In this document: one piece after another, positions 1 through 10,249 of the stretch
Layout: each line of letters opens with the position of its first letter
Numbering within the stretch: position 1 is the first letter of the stretch
Origin: Candidatus Multivoradales bacterium
GTDB lineage: Bacteria > Acidobacteriota > Thermoanaerobaculia > Multivoradales > J023
Assembly: GCA_965248925.1 (NCBI GenBank)
Contig: CBDFLE010000006.1
Coordinates: forward strand, 832,001-896,000
Length of the DNA: 64,000 nt
Direction of reading: 5' to 3'
Translations under genes and position numbers: made by a program
The notes under the pieces: generated by a model
What the model was told of the DNA's origin: nothing
The model's input: the letters and a program-made list of their open reading frames with translations, nothing else
Databases searched by the model: none

Positions 1-467
1 ATCTGACCGGCAAGATCGATCCAGGGCGTCTCGCGCCCTTCTCGAGGATCCCAGGCGTTGCCAACAAATGCCGCGACCTTCGCTTGCGGCGCTTGCGAGA
101 GACCGGCACCTTGCAGCAGGTCAGCGACCCCGTCCAGACCGTTCACGTCATGGCCGGAAGTGACCAGATGATAGAGGGCTGTCAAGGTGTGCGTCTTGCC
201 GCCGCCAAACTGAGTCACCAGCATCATCACCGGCGACGTGTTCGCCGTTTTCCCGGCCAATCGGCGCAGCACCATCCCAGAATGTTCACGCAGAGCCCGG
301 GTAAAGCAGGTGCGGGCGAAGAATTGGGTCGGGTCGCGATAGTCTTCCGGCGCCGTCCCGCCCACCACCTGTTCCAGATGGATGGCGAACTCGTCGGGAT
401 TGAAGGAGCGTCCTTCGCGCACCTCCTGGCGCGGTGTGGCGACTTTGTACCAGGGTTCGAGAGCCAT
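1..467 (-). CDS. DUF499 family AAA+ ATPase (N-terminal part, runs off window edge)
   Basis: Hand translation from ATG 467 (not in ORF track): MALEPWYKVATPRQEVREGRSFNPDEFAIHLEQV...TQFGGGKTHTL (Walker A typical of DUF499). Last visible gene of the minus-strand operon. Confidence 0.85.
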   Translation of the reverse strand, partial: MALEPWYKVATPRQEVREGRSFNPDEFAIHLEQVVGGTAPEDYRDPTQFFARTCFTRALREHSGMVLRRLAGKTANTSPVMMLVTQFGGGKTHTLTALYHLVTSGHDVNGLDGVADLLQGAGLSQAPQAKVAAFVGNAWDPREGRETPWIDLAGQ

Positions 468-471
468 AGGG

Positions 472-1467
472 TTACTCCATGGGCCAGCGCAGTTTGTCGA
501 AGAGCGCCAAAGATGACTTCTTTAGTCGGGCGAGATTCGCATAGGCGATCGGTGCGAAGCTTTGCTTGCAATCGAATGCACGGTAACGGAATCCGTCGGT
601 TACCACCACGTCTCGGGGAGTACCTAGTTTAGCTACATACGCTTCCGCTTGCTGACGTGCACCTTCGAGCCCGGTACCGAGGCGCTTGGCCTCGATCACG
701 AAGCAGCAGCTCTCCGGCCTGCGTGGCAGCGCTTCGAAAAGTGCCACGTCGATACGGCGCCATTCGATGGCGATGTTCTCTGGTGGCCAGCCGAGTGCTC
801 GCAAGAACGGCACGGTGAAGTGGGCTACCATCTCATTCTCGTTGGGGGCGGCACCCATGCGCTCCTCGTCACCATACAGTCCGGCCAAGTCCCGCGCCAA
901 GCCCACCACGTTGCGCAGATTCGCCGGCACCTCGTCCAACGGCGCTTCCACCGCCGGCAGAACGGGCAGTGGCGCCTCTTGCCAGCGAGTGAGGCCAGAA
1001 GCGAGGAAGCTATGAGCATAATCCAGCACCTCGGCACTCTGCACTCGCGAGCAGCGCATCGGGCTAGCACCCAAGACGGAGCCTTCAAAGCGGTACGTTT
1101 CCGGCAACGGGCACCAGCGCACTCTCCTACCGTGCCGTAGATCCCAACCGTTGACGTCATCGAACGGCTTCAGGTACTCGTACCCACCGGCTACCAGGCC
1201 GACCGCGGCAATGGTGTCAACGGCGGTACGGAGGAGCAGAAGATCGTCGACCTCGAGGTCTTGCGCAAAGCGGCGCAAGAAACCGTACTTCTTGCCGTGA
1301 CCATGTTCTGGTCGCCAGGGGCCATCCCCACCCGGGCCGAGCAGCGCCACACCGTATTTCAGAAAGACCTCGGCATATGGGCGGCCCACCGGCCCGCCCG
1401 AGATCTGCCAGACGGCGGGAGTGCGCGCCCCCCTCATCGGCCTGCCCTCATCCGCGCCGCCTTCCAA
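472..1467 (-). CDS. Putative restriction nuclease with C-terminal HsdR_N-like PD-(D/E)XK domain
   Basis: C-terminus has NENEMVAHFTVPFLRALGW...RIDVAL...VIEAKR...VVTDGFRY; N-terminus resembles a DNA-reader domain (VDDLLLL...VGLVAGGYEY...RRVRW). Alternative ATG at 1437. Confidence 0.65.
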   Translation of the reverse strand: MEGGADEGRPMRGARTPAVWQISGGPVGRPYAEVFLKYGVALLGPGGDGPWRPEHGHGKKYGFLRRFAQDLEVDDLLLLRTAVDTIAAVGLVAGGYEYLKPFDDVNGWDLRHGRRVRWCPLPETYRFEGSVLGASPMRCSRVQSAEVLDYAHSFLASGLTRWQEAPLPVLPAVEAPLDEVPANLRNVVGLARDLAGLYGDEERMGAAPNENEMVAHFTVPFLRALGWPPENIAIEWRRIDVALFEALPRRPESCCFVIEAKRLGTGLEGARQQAEAYVAKLGTPRDVVVTDGFRYRAFDCKQSFAPIAYANLARLKKSSLALFDKLRWPME

Positions 1468-2584
1468 TCAGCAGATCTCACCCCGTCCTGCCCCATCGGC
1501 TCTGGACGAACTTGACTGCCTCGTTGATCGGGAGGGCCCGGGTGGCGTTGCCTGAGCGAAGGAAGAAGGTCGCGCTCGGACCCTCCTTAACGTACACCGC
1601 GTGATCACACGCCTCGATGGTGATCTGACAAACGTCCTGGCCGTCGATCGCGTGAAAGGTGACCGTGAGAAACGGCGCCACGGCCTCGCCCAAGTCTCTC
1701 CCCGCGAGTTGCCTCAGGTGCAGCTCGAAGCCGTCCCGGTCCTTCTTCCTCAGAGAGTCGTAGTCCGTGCCGATCCCAACGGCCTTGCCGTCGTCATCGA
1801 CACCGATGAGCAGGGTGCCGCCGTTCTTGCTGTTCAAGAACCCGGCCGCTGTCTTGATGACGACCTTCTCCAGCGCCTTGTTGACCTTGCCCTCCCTGCG
1901 GTCCCAACGCAGGCTCGACTTGAACTCGAAGGTGTCGCTCTCACCGGCAGCCATGCGCTGCCTCACTGCCGCCTCGTCGGTGGGATCGTCGGAATCGACC
2001 GGCGACCAGCTGGCGATGAAAACATTCATCGCTTCGGCGAGCTGATGGCGGCGTGCGGCCAGGAAGTCGAGGTAGTTCTCGGGATCCCAGAGCGTGCGGT
2101 CCATGGGGACGCACTGGGCGCGCAGAGCGCCAGGCTGGTTGTCCTCCACCTGCGGCAGGTACTTGTCGGGCGGGGTCGACGAGATCGACCGGTTCGCTTT
2201 TCGGGTGAGGAAGGCTCGGTTGGCCAGCTTGCCTATTCCGACGAAACTGACCAGCCATTCCGATCGAAACCGACCACTTGTCGGAGCGAAGCGACGCTGG
2301 CGCTCTCCTCAGTTGTAAGTGTCCACTTTCGCTGTAGCTGGAGCCCTCCTTCCGGCTCTTCTTCTTGATTGATTGTATTCAAATAACCCGTCGTCGGGGC
2401 TGTGCGTAGCTGTGGGAAACGCAGGTTGGGGGGCAGGGGGGCGTTTTCCAAGCGGTTGTGGGAATCGCAGAGCGATTTCCACAACCGCGGCAGCTTCCAC
2501 AGTCCATCTTGGGTCGGGTCCGGATCGGGCCGCAGGCCCGCTGATGGGTCAGGATCGGCGATCGCTTCAGCATGCTCTTGGATC

Positions 2585-3349
2585 TCACCTTGCCTCTCGC
2601 TGGGCGGCCTTGCGAATACCGCCGGCTCTCTTCGCCCGCATGGAGTCACCGTCCACCGCGAGCTTGTAGGCGCCGTGGACAATGCGATCGAGGATGGCGT
2701 CGGCCAAGGTCGGATCGCCGATGACCTCGTACCAGCTCTCAACCGGTAGCTGGGAGGTCACCAGCGTGGAGCGGTTGCCGTAGCGGTCCTCAAGAATCTC
2801 GAGCAGGTCGCGCCGCTCGCTGGCCCCGATCGGCGCCAGCCCCCAGTCGTCGAGGATGAGCAGGTCTGTGCGAGCATAGCTCTTGAGCAGCTTCTCGTAG
2901 CTACCATCACCCCGCGCGATGGCGAGCTGGCGAAACAGCCTCGGCACCCGCAGGTACAAAGCGGTGTAACCCTCCCGACATGCCTTGTGCGCGAAGGCGC
3001 AGGCGAGAAAGGTCTTGCCCACCCCGGCCTTGCCGGTGATCAGCACGTTGAGATGCTCGGCGATCCACTGGCACGAGGCCAGGCGCAGGATCTGGCCTTT
3101 GTCCAGGCCCCTCTTGGCTCGCCAGTCGATGTCTTCGATGGCCGCCTGCTCGCGCAGCTTGGCTTTTCGCAACCGCGCTATCAAGCGGCGGCTGGATCGC
3201 TCGGTCGCTTCGCGCTCGACCAGCAGCCCGAGGCGCTCTTCGAAGGAGAGCTCTGAGACATCGACCATCGACAGCTGCTCCTCAAAGGCTTTGGCCATAC
3301 CGTGGAGCTTGAGCGCGGCGAGTTGATCGAGCGTCGCGTGCCTCAGCAT
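2585..3349 (-). CDS. istB: IS21 helper ATPase IstB
   Basis: GKAGVGKTFLA Walker A, LLILDDWG Walker B, TSQLP, ADAILDRIVH; ATG 3349 overlaps the istA stop. Confidence 0.95.
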   Translation of the reverse strand: MLRHATLDQLAALKLHGMAKAFEEQLSMVDVSELSFEERLGLLVEREATERSSRRLIARLRKAKLREQAAIEDIDWRAKRGLDKGQILRLASCQWIAEHLNVLITGKAGVGKTFLACAFAHKACREGYTALYLRVPRLFRQLAIARGDGSYEKLLKSYARTDLLILDDWGLAPIGASERRDLLEILEDRYGNRSTLVTSQLPVESWYEVIGDPTLADAILDRIVHGAYKLAVDGDSMRAKRAGGIRKAAQREAR

Positions 3350-4917
3350 GGCGGCGTCTCCTCGCGGCGCGCGGCACTGTAGTAGCTGGCGCCGCGGACG
3401 TTGCGGTGCTCGATCGGCGCCGTCACTTCGGTGGGCTCGGGCGCTGCTTGCTGGTCCAGGCCGCTCTTCAGGATCGACTTCACGCTCTTGTAGGACAGGC
3501 CGTGAATGGCGAGCGCGCGGCGGCACGCAGCCTCCAAACGATTGGCACCATAGGTCTTGCCCAGGCGCATCAGCCCCAGACACGAGCGAAAGCCGTGCTG
3601 AGGATGGGAGCGGTTAAGCATGATGGTCTCCACCAGTTCGGCCGTCGCCTGGCCTGTTTTCGCCGCCCAGCTGATCAGCCGTGTCGGTGTCCACTCCAGG
3701 TACGCCTGGTGCGCTTTGGGCATGTGCTCGCTTTGGGTCGTGTGCCGGCCCCGACACCGATTCCGGCGATGAGCAGCCACACGCTTGCCGCGATCGAGCA
3801 CCTCCACCAGTTGCGCCGTCGCCCGCAGATCGAGCTGCTTCTTGATCAGCTGGTACGGCACACTGTAATAGTGGCCCTCGAACTCGACGTGGTAGTCCGG
3901 GGCAACGCGTACCTTCTTCCATTCGGCAAGCTCGTAGGGCTGGAGCGGCAAAGCACCCAGAGCAGGACGATCGACCTGCTCGAACAGCGCTCGGCGCGAG
4001 ACGCCCAACACCTTCAGCGGACGGTCGTTAAGCTCGACCAGAAGCTTCGCGATGCTCTCGTTGAGCTCTCGCAGGCTGAAGAACTGCTGGTTACGCAGCC
4101 GGGCCAGAATCCAGCGCTCCACTTGCAATACACCGTTTTCGACCTTCGCCTTGTCTTGGGGCTTCCTCACCCGCGCCGGCACCACCGCCACGCCGTAGTG
4201 CTCGGCCAACTCCGCGTAGGTGCGATTGATCTCCGGCTCGTAGCGGCACGGGCTGGTCACGCCGCTCTTCAGATTGTCCGGCACCACCAGCTCGCTCACC
4301 CCGCCCAGAGCCGCGAAGGTCCGCACATGAGAGCCGAGCCAGTCCTCCAGGCCCTGGCTCCACGTTGCCTCGGCATAGGTGTAGTTGCTCGCCCCCAGCA
4401 CCGCCACGAAGATCTGCGCTTCGCGCTCTTTGCCAGTCGCCGGGTCGATCACCCTCACGGTCTGTCCGGCGTAGTCGACGAACAGCTTCTCGCCCGCCCG
4501 GTAGGCTTGGCGCAGGCACACATCCAGGCGACCTTCCCAGATCCGGTACAGCTGACAGAAGCGGCTGAAACCGTAGCCGTCGGGATGGTCCTCCCGGTAC
4601 TCTTGCCACAGCAGCGACAGGGTTACGCCCTTCTTCTTCAGCTCGCCATGCACCTTGGTCCAGTCGGGCAAGGCTCGCTGACTACCCCTCCGAAGCGGCT
4701 GCGGCCGAGGGTACAGGCGTTGCTCCAGCTCAGCGTCGCTCAAAGCTGCTACTTGCTCCCAGCTCAGGCCTTCAACCTTGGCTCGCAGCAGGTAGTTGCA
4801 CACCGTCCCGTGGCCCAGCCGAACCGACCGTCCGATCTGGCGGTGCGACAGGCCATGCTGCCATTTCAGTCTCAGTACCTCGCGTATCTTGCGCATCGAT
4901 GTCCTCACTCTCGGCAT
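3343..4917 (-). CDS. istA: IS21 transposase IstA
   Basis: N-terminal HTH; GEKLFVDYAG, VPDNLKSGV, PQDKAKVENGV DDE motifs. Confidence 0.95.
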   Translation of the reverse strand: MPRVRTSMRKIREVLRLKWQHGLSHRQIGRSVRLGHGTVCNYLLRAKVEGLSWEQVAALSDAELEQRLYPRPQPLRRGSQRALPDWTKVHGELKKKGVTLSLLWQEYREDHPDGYGFSRFCQLYRIWEGRLDVCLRQAYRAGEKLFVDYAGQTVRVIDPATGKEREAQIFVAVLGASNYTYAEATWSQGLEDWLGSHVRTFAALGGVSELVVPDNLKSGVTSPCRYEPEINRTYAELAEHYGVAVVPARVRKPQDKAKVENGVLQVERWILARLRNQQFFSLRELNESIAKLLVELNDRPLKVLGVSRRALFEQVDRPALGALPLQPYELAEWKKVRVAPDYHVEFEGHYYSVPYQLIKKQLDLRATAQLVEVLDRGKRVAAHRRNRCRGRHTTQSEHMPKAHQAYLEWTPTRLISWAAKTGQATAELVETIMLNRSHPQHGFRSCLGLMRLGKTYGANRLEAACRRALAIHGLSYKSVKSILKSGLDQQAAPEPTEVTAPIEHRNVRGASYYSAARREETPPC

Positions 4918-7806
4918 CCAATCCTCCTTTCAAGGAGGCTGGAATACCCCAATTGTGAGGAGCGCGCTACCGTCGAACTCCGCCGTGGCCAGGATTCCGA
5001 TCCAATCTGACCACCCATTCCGATCGACCCGGAAAAGTGGTCACTTTCGATCGGAATCGATGGTCAGATTCCGTTGGAATCACTGGTCACTTTCAATCGG
5101 AATCGGTGGTCGGTTTCCGTCGGTGCAGGCAGCCAGCTCGTTGATCACCTTCTTGTCTTCGGTCCCGTCATACCCCTCTTTTCGGAGCACCGCCTTGGGA
5201 ACGATGTGGTGAGATTCAAGCCCGTTCTTCCTCCCCACTGCCTTGTCGTAGAGACGGATGCCGGTGAACCAATCCCGCGCCTCGCGGGCCCGGGCCAGGA
5301 CATAGCTGAACTTGGCCAGTGGGGTGCCTGCGCCTCCCACGGCCAGATCCGAGGCTTCAAGCTCTATGCGCCCACGCTCACGCAAGATTGCGCTCTCCAG
5401 CTCCGGGGTCGGATCCGGATCGCGTCCAGCAACCAGCGCCACGTCCTGCTGCAGCTTGGTTTCGGTCGAGCCGGAATAGCGCGCCCAGATCCCCGCCAGG
5501 TACATCCAGCGGATGAACCGGCGCTTGATGGCAGCCGTGGGGAAGGCGCCATCCTGTCGCGCCAGGTAGATCGTCATTGGTACCAGAACATAGTTCGTAG
5601 GCAGGTCCCGGAGATCGTCCACAAAGGCGTCGTGACGCAGGACGTTGACAAGGTGTTCGAAAGCGGTCTGCATCTTCTTCCACCCAGCCTGCAGGTCTTC
5701 CGCTGCGACGTGAATGAACGCGCCTTCCAGCATCACCGAGCCGGTGGCGACGCCGGCAAGGCAGCGCACAATGAAGTTGAAGTCGACTCCGAATCCGTGG
5801 CCGCGCATGGCGCCCTGGAACGTGCGCATCTCTTCGCGGGCCTCAGGCCAGATGCTACAGATGTGGGCAAGGGCAAGGTCGGCTTTGGTCAGGGTCGTAC
5901 CCGCCTTGTTCACCCGATTGAAGATGTCGACCACTTGCTCGACCGTGAACTCGTCACCGGAGACCTGGTCGACGGTGTAGGTGTAGTCGCGGATCTGATC
6001 GAGCCGACTCAAACGGCCTAGGTTCTGCTGGATGAGCTCGCGCTGCGCCTCCCCGAGCTTGCCCAGGTTCTCAAGCATTAAGCTCAGCCCCTGGCGCAGG
6101 AATTCATGGACGCTCATCCAGGCCGGGTTCTTGTTCATCAGCGTTTTCTGCCAGAACCGAAACTCCTCCGTCTGGATATTGAAATAGAGATCGAAGAAGA
6201 GGGATTCGCCCTCGTAGAAGGGTGGCGCCTTGCCTTCGAAGAGCACATGCAGGCTGGTCAGACGTTGCTGCCCATCAAGAAGCAGCAGCGAGTGACCATC
6301 CCCGCGCACCTCTCCGCCGCGAACCGCAGACGGCTTGTAGGTCTTCCAGATGAGCAGGTGCCCGGTGGGGTGCTTGCGGTAGAGGGACTGAGCGAGACCT
6401 CGGACCTGAGCGCGACTCCACACGTAGCCGCGCTGGAACTCGGGCAGCAGAATCTCTCCGCGGCGAATCTGACTGAGCAGATCCTGGATCGATCTCACCT
6501 CGTGCATGGGTTTTTCCTCGCCTCAATGATCATGGCCTCTAACTCCCTCATCGCGGTACCGCCAGGAGCATGGCGTCGAGGAGGCGTTTTTCCTCGCAGC
6601 CCTTGGGATAGAGCGCCGAGAGCGCGTTGGCGAGACGCAAGAAGTCCGGACCGCGGTCCTGCTCAGCACTGAGCAGACGGCGGAGTGCGTTGGCCTGACC
6701 GCTCGCTTGTAGCAACATCGCCGCATGCACGCGGTCCAGCGTCGTGGCGTCAGGGGACTGGAGCTCGGCGTCGCCGCCGAGGATCGCTTTCTTTGTACGG
6801 CTGCGGGCTTTCTTCTTTGGCGCGGCTGCCATCTCGGGGAATAGTTTGCCTTGCAGGTCGCCACTGGCATCGCTCTCTATCCAATCTGCAGCGGCGCGGG
6901 TACCGTCCTCGCCGAAAAGCGCCTTGGCCCGCTCAGATACAGGTAGAAGGCGCACCACACCCTTGTCTTGGACGATGATGCGATCGGTCCAGACGTCGAG
7001 ATCGATGCCCATCGGCTGAGCAATGCGGCGCACTACGTCGAAGGGGAGACTGAAGCCCTTGGCGGCGACCTTGGCGATTGCTTCGTCGTCGCCATCTCCT
7101 TGCTTGCCGTTCTCCTCACCTGCCTCGGTACTTTCAAACGTCCAGAGGAAGAGCGCGGTTAGCCGCGCGTCCTCTTCCAGCGCTCCGGTCGTGGTATCGC
7201 CGTTGCCGAGCACCTGCCCCAGCGCGGCGCGGCCCACCACCTCCCAAACCTTCTCCAGGTACTCGGGGAGGCCAACCTCGCGACCCTCGGGGGTCTCCAC
7301 CGTCCGGTAACGACTGAAGATCTCCAGCGCCGGCCCAATGCAGGCAAAGACCAGATCCGCGCCGCGGATGCCCTCACTCTGCAAGCGCTCGATCCAGGCG
7401 GCGACGCGGGGTGGAAGCTCACGCAGAACCTCGGCCCAGTCGCCGATCCGCGCGTCGTCGGGCCGCGGTCGGCAGATGAGGTGGACGCTGGTGGCGAGTG
7501 CAGCGGAGTTGCGGGCGCGCAGACGCGTTGCCATCTCGGTAGCGATAGGCCAGGATCCGGTGATGGTCCAGCCGCCGCGGATCATGCCTGAGAGGAGTGC
7601 TTCCCAGCCCTCCGTGGTCTTGTGGGCAAAGACTACCGACCCAATACCGTCTTCGCGAAGGATTCGGCGACCTTCCGCAAATGCAGCAGCCATACCGTCC
7701 TCGAAAAACTTTTGATCCTTGTCGCTATATCGCTCCGAATCCCAATGTGACATCTCACACAGTTCCCCAGCCTTTGGAGTCCAGAACTCCTGACATACCC
7801 TTTTTC

Positions 7807-10200
7807 TCAAATGTCCGGTTGAGCCTCTCCGGAGGTGTTCCGAGGCCCTGGGAAGGCCAGGCTCCGGGGTGGCGCCTTCTTGATCGCGAACCGCATCCGT
7901 AGCTCGGTGCCGGGGAAGTGGGTGGCGGTAGCGTTGAGTTCTTCGCAGACGGCGGCGATCGCCGCCGTCTTGTGGGGAGAGCTGAGCGGGTCGATGGAAA
8001 GGAGCAGCACGGTGTCGGTAACCTCCATATCGCCGCCGGCCGCGAAAGCGCTTTGGATCAGGGTGCGTCCCTCCTGCTCGGTGCGGCGGTAGTGGGGTGA
8101 TAGGAGCCGGAGAAGATCACCTTCGGCCTGGTAGGCGACCATCTTGAGAATATCGGTGAGGTGCTTGCGCTCGACGGACAGCTTGATGACATCCGCTTCG
8201 ACGACCTCTTGGACGGGGACGCGGACGGGGAGGGTCGCGCGCTGGTTCTCGAGTTCGGTGATCTGCTCTATCGCTGCCCGGACCCTGGCGGAGATGGCGG
8301 CGTTGGCGATCTTGAATCCGCGCATCGTGCGCCGCCGATCCTCGCGGTTTTCAAGAGCAGCGATCCCGATGTGGGCCCGGAGCTGCTCGAGATGTGCGTG
8401 AGCTTTGCGCAGCTCTGCATTGATCTTGCCGCGCTCGGGATTCGGCACATCGCGGGCAGCGTCCGCTGGCTCGGTGCCATAGTCCACCAGGGCATCGAGT
8501 GCGAATTCTTCGCGCAGGTATTTGAAGAAGTTCTCTTGCCTCCAACGATCGAACATGCGGTAGGCGACCTCGAGTGTGGAGAGGTCGCGGCGGGAGGTGA
8601 TGATGGACGTCTGGTGGCCGTTGTCGCAGAGGCGGGTGACCTGGCGCAGGTACAGCCGCTTGCGCTTCTTCCTCGGGCCATACTCGAGGTAGATACGCTG
8701 ATCGGCGAGGAGGTACTCGAGCTTCCGCCCGTGGATCGTGTCCTTGATCTGCCCGAACTTGCTCAACGGCACCGGACGAAAGGGGGCCTTTCGGTATGTG
8801 AGGATGTCGAACTTCTTGGCGATGAGCTTCGCAAACAGCTTCGGGCTCCAACCCCCACGGTCGAAGACGACGGTGACTCGCCGGTCTCCGAGTAGCTTTC
8901 GTACCTCTTCGAGAATGAGGGGAAGCATCGTCGCAAGCCCCTTGTTGGCCTCGGTGGGGACCACGAAGAGAGGCTCGCTCTCAGCATCGTTGACCCAGTA
9001 GTCGGTGGTGGCCGGCATCGCGATCCGCATCCGCGCTACGTGTGTCTTGGGAATCTCTCGGCCACCGTGGTAGGCGCGCACATGCCCGTCCACGTAGAGG
9101 AAGCCCATGGCATGGCCCCTGGTGGCGACCCGGCGCTGAGCGAGGGCGCGACCGAGATCCGCGGCCAGGCCATGCGCGGCCAGCCGAGCGAGCTTGTTGC
9201 GCAAGGTTTTCACTTCCGGCGCTCGGTCGAGCCCGAGAAGCTGACCCAAATGCCGGGGTGAGCGCTCCTTGAGCCCTTCGGGTCGCTTGACCCGCAACAG
9301 TGCCATCAGCAGCAGGGTTACCAGAGTGGTGCGCAGCCCATAGAAGGCCGGCCCGATGCTGCCGTACAGCTCCTGCGCGATGGAGAGCACGCCGCTGTCC
9401 ACCAGGGCGGGAATCGCCAGCAGAGCACCGGCGCCCGGTAGCTGGGTCGCCGCTCCGAAGATCGGCGCCGCATCATCGAGGAATCCCAGCCTCGCCAGCA
9501 GCCGATCGCTGGCGCGATCCGCTGGATCGAGGTCCAGCGAGAGGGGAACCTGATCTTGCTCGGACGCAGAAGCGGACAGTTTTGGGTCCGCAGCCGCTGG
9601 GTCACCGCCACCCTCAGCGTCGAGCGCAAGATCCGCAGTTTTCAGGGGGCCGTCGACCTGCTGCTCATCAGAGGCGGACAGTTTTGGGTCCGCACTCTCG
9701 AAGGGCATCGTCATCTGCACTACCGACCGCTCTTTCCAGCCCAGGCGCTTGGCGAGCTTGCGAACGGCCTTCTCATCGATGCCCAGCCGCCGGCCAATCT
9801 CGCGATTCGACACACCCTCGGCCTTCCAGCCGTTGACCGCGTCCAGGCGGCCCTGCGCTACCCGAGACTGACCCCGGGGAAAACCGCGCGGCCGGCCCAG
9901 AGCAGCCAGCCCACCTTCTTCGAAGCGGCGCTGATTCCGGCGCACAGTCCGCACATCACAAGCGAACGCAAGGGCCACCTCGCGTTGCTGTGCCCAGCCC
10001 AATTCAACGAGACTCACCATCGCGTGGGCCTCGCCTGTCCTGTCGCCGGCAGCGAAGTGAGCGAGCGGCATGCCGCTGACCACCACCACCCGATAGCCGC
10101 CCCTCTGCTGGAGGCGGCAGCGGTCGTTGATCACCACAACCCCATCGGGGACCCCGGCGTGGTCTGGGAACAGGACGGTGTGCTCGCTCGTCAGTGCCAT
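7807..10200 (-). CDS. DDE transposase, 797 aa, with two N-terminal HTH motifs
   Basis: FLYVDGH, VFDRGGW, RWRQENFFK catalytic-type motifs; HTHs QREVALAFACDVRTVRR and SNREIGRRLGIDEKAVRK. Confidence 0.85.
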   Translation of the reverse strand: MALTSEHTVLFPDHAGVPDGVVVINDRCRLQQRGGYRVVVVSGMPLAHFAAGDRTGEAHAMVSLVELGWAQQREVALAFACDVRTVRRNQRRFEEGGLAALGRPRGFPRGQSRVAQGRLDAVNGWKAEGVSNREIGRRLGIDEKAVRKLAKRLGWKERSVVQMTMPFESADPKLSASDEQQVDGPLKTADLALDAEGGGDPAAADPKLSASASEQDQVPLSLDLDPADRASDRLLARLGFLDDAAPIFGAATQLPGAGALLAIPALVDSGVLSIAQELYGSIGPAFYGLRTTLVTLLLMALLRVKRPEGLKERSPRHLGQLLGLDRAPEVKTLRNKLARLAAHGLAADLGRALAQRRVATRGHAMGFLYVDGHVRAYHGGREIPKTHVARMRIAMPATTDYWVNDAESEPLFVVPTEANKGLATMLPLILEEVRKLLGDRRVTVVFDRGGWSPKLFAKLIAKKFDILTYRKAPFRPVPLSKFGQIKDTIHGRKLEYLLADQRIYLEYGPRKKRKRLYLRQVTRLCDNGHQTSIITSRRDLSTLEVAYRMFDRWRQENFFKYLREEFALDALVDYGTEPADAARDVPNPERGKINAELRKAHAHLEQLRAHIGIAALENREDRRRTMRGFKIANAAISARVRAAIEQITELENQRATLPVRVPVQEVVEADVIKLSVERKHLTDILKMVAYQAEGDLLRLLSPHYRRTEQEGRTLIQSAFAAGGDMEVTDTVLLLSIDPLSSPHKTAAIAAVCEELNATATHFPGTELRMRFAIKKAPPRSLAFPGPRNTSGEAQPDI

Positions 10201-10249
10201 GCTCGATCATGCCTCGGCACCGAAAAAAGCGGACAGTTTTGGGTCCGCA
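9572..10249. repeat. Three identical 21-bp palindromic motifs GCGGACAGTTTTGGGTCCGCA
   Basis: Copies at 9572-9592, 9674-9694 and 10229-10249; arms GCGGAC/GTCCGC around an 8-nt spacer. Confidence 0.9.

Larger units (their letters stand above)
2230..5131 (-). mobile_element. IS21-family insertion sequence
   Basis: istA-istB pair; TG...CA ends with imperfect IRs (TGCCTATTCCGACGAAACTGACCA vs TGCCTGCACCGACGGAAACCGACCA); multiple subterminal repeats; 7-bp TSD GCCAGCT at 2223-2229 and 5132-5138. Confidence 0.95.
1478..6507 (-). pseudogene. DUF262/DUF1524 (GmrSD-like) - Schlafen AlbA_2 fusion, interrupted by IS21
   Basis: 5' part has PEFQRGYVW, LLDGQQRLTSL, IFNRVNKAG (DUF262) and SHHIVPK. 3' part has ESDTFEFKSS, GFLNSKNGGTLLIGVDDDG, FLRSGNAT (AlbA_2). 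Removing IS 2230-5131 plus one 7-bp TSD restores the frame ...INELANRAFLTRKANRSIS... (~706 aa). Confidence 0.85.

Noticed and set aside
3406-5010. Long antisense ORFs (for example 3406-5010, 30543-32426, 34381-36333)
   Set aside because: Shadow frames of well-supported opposite-strand genes in GC-rich DNA; no recognisable motifs.
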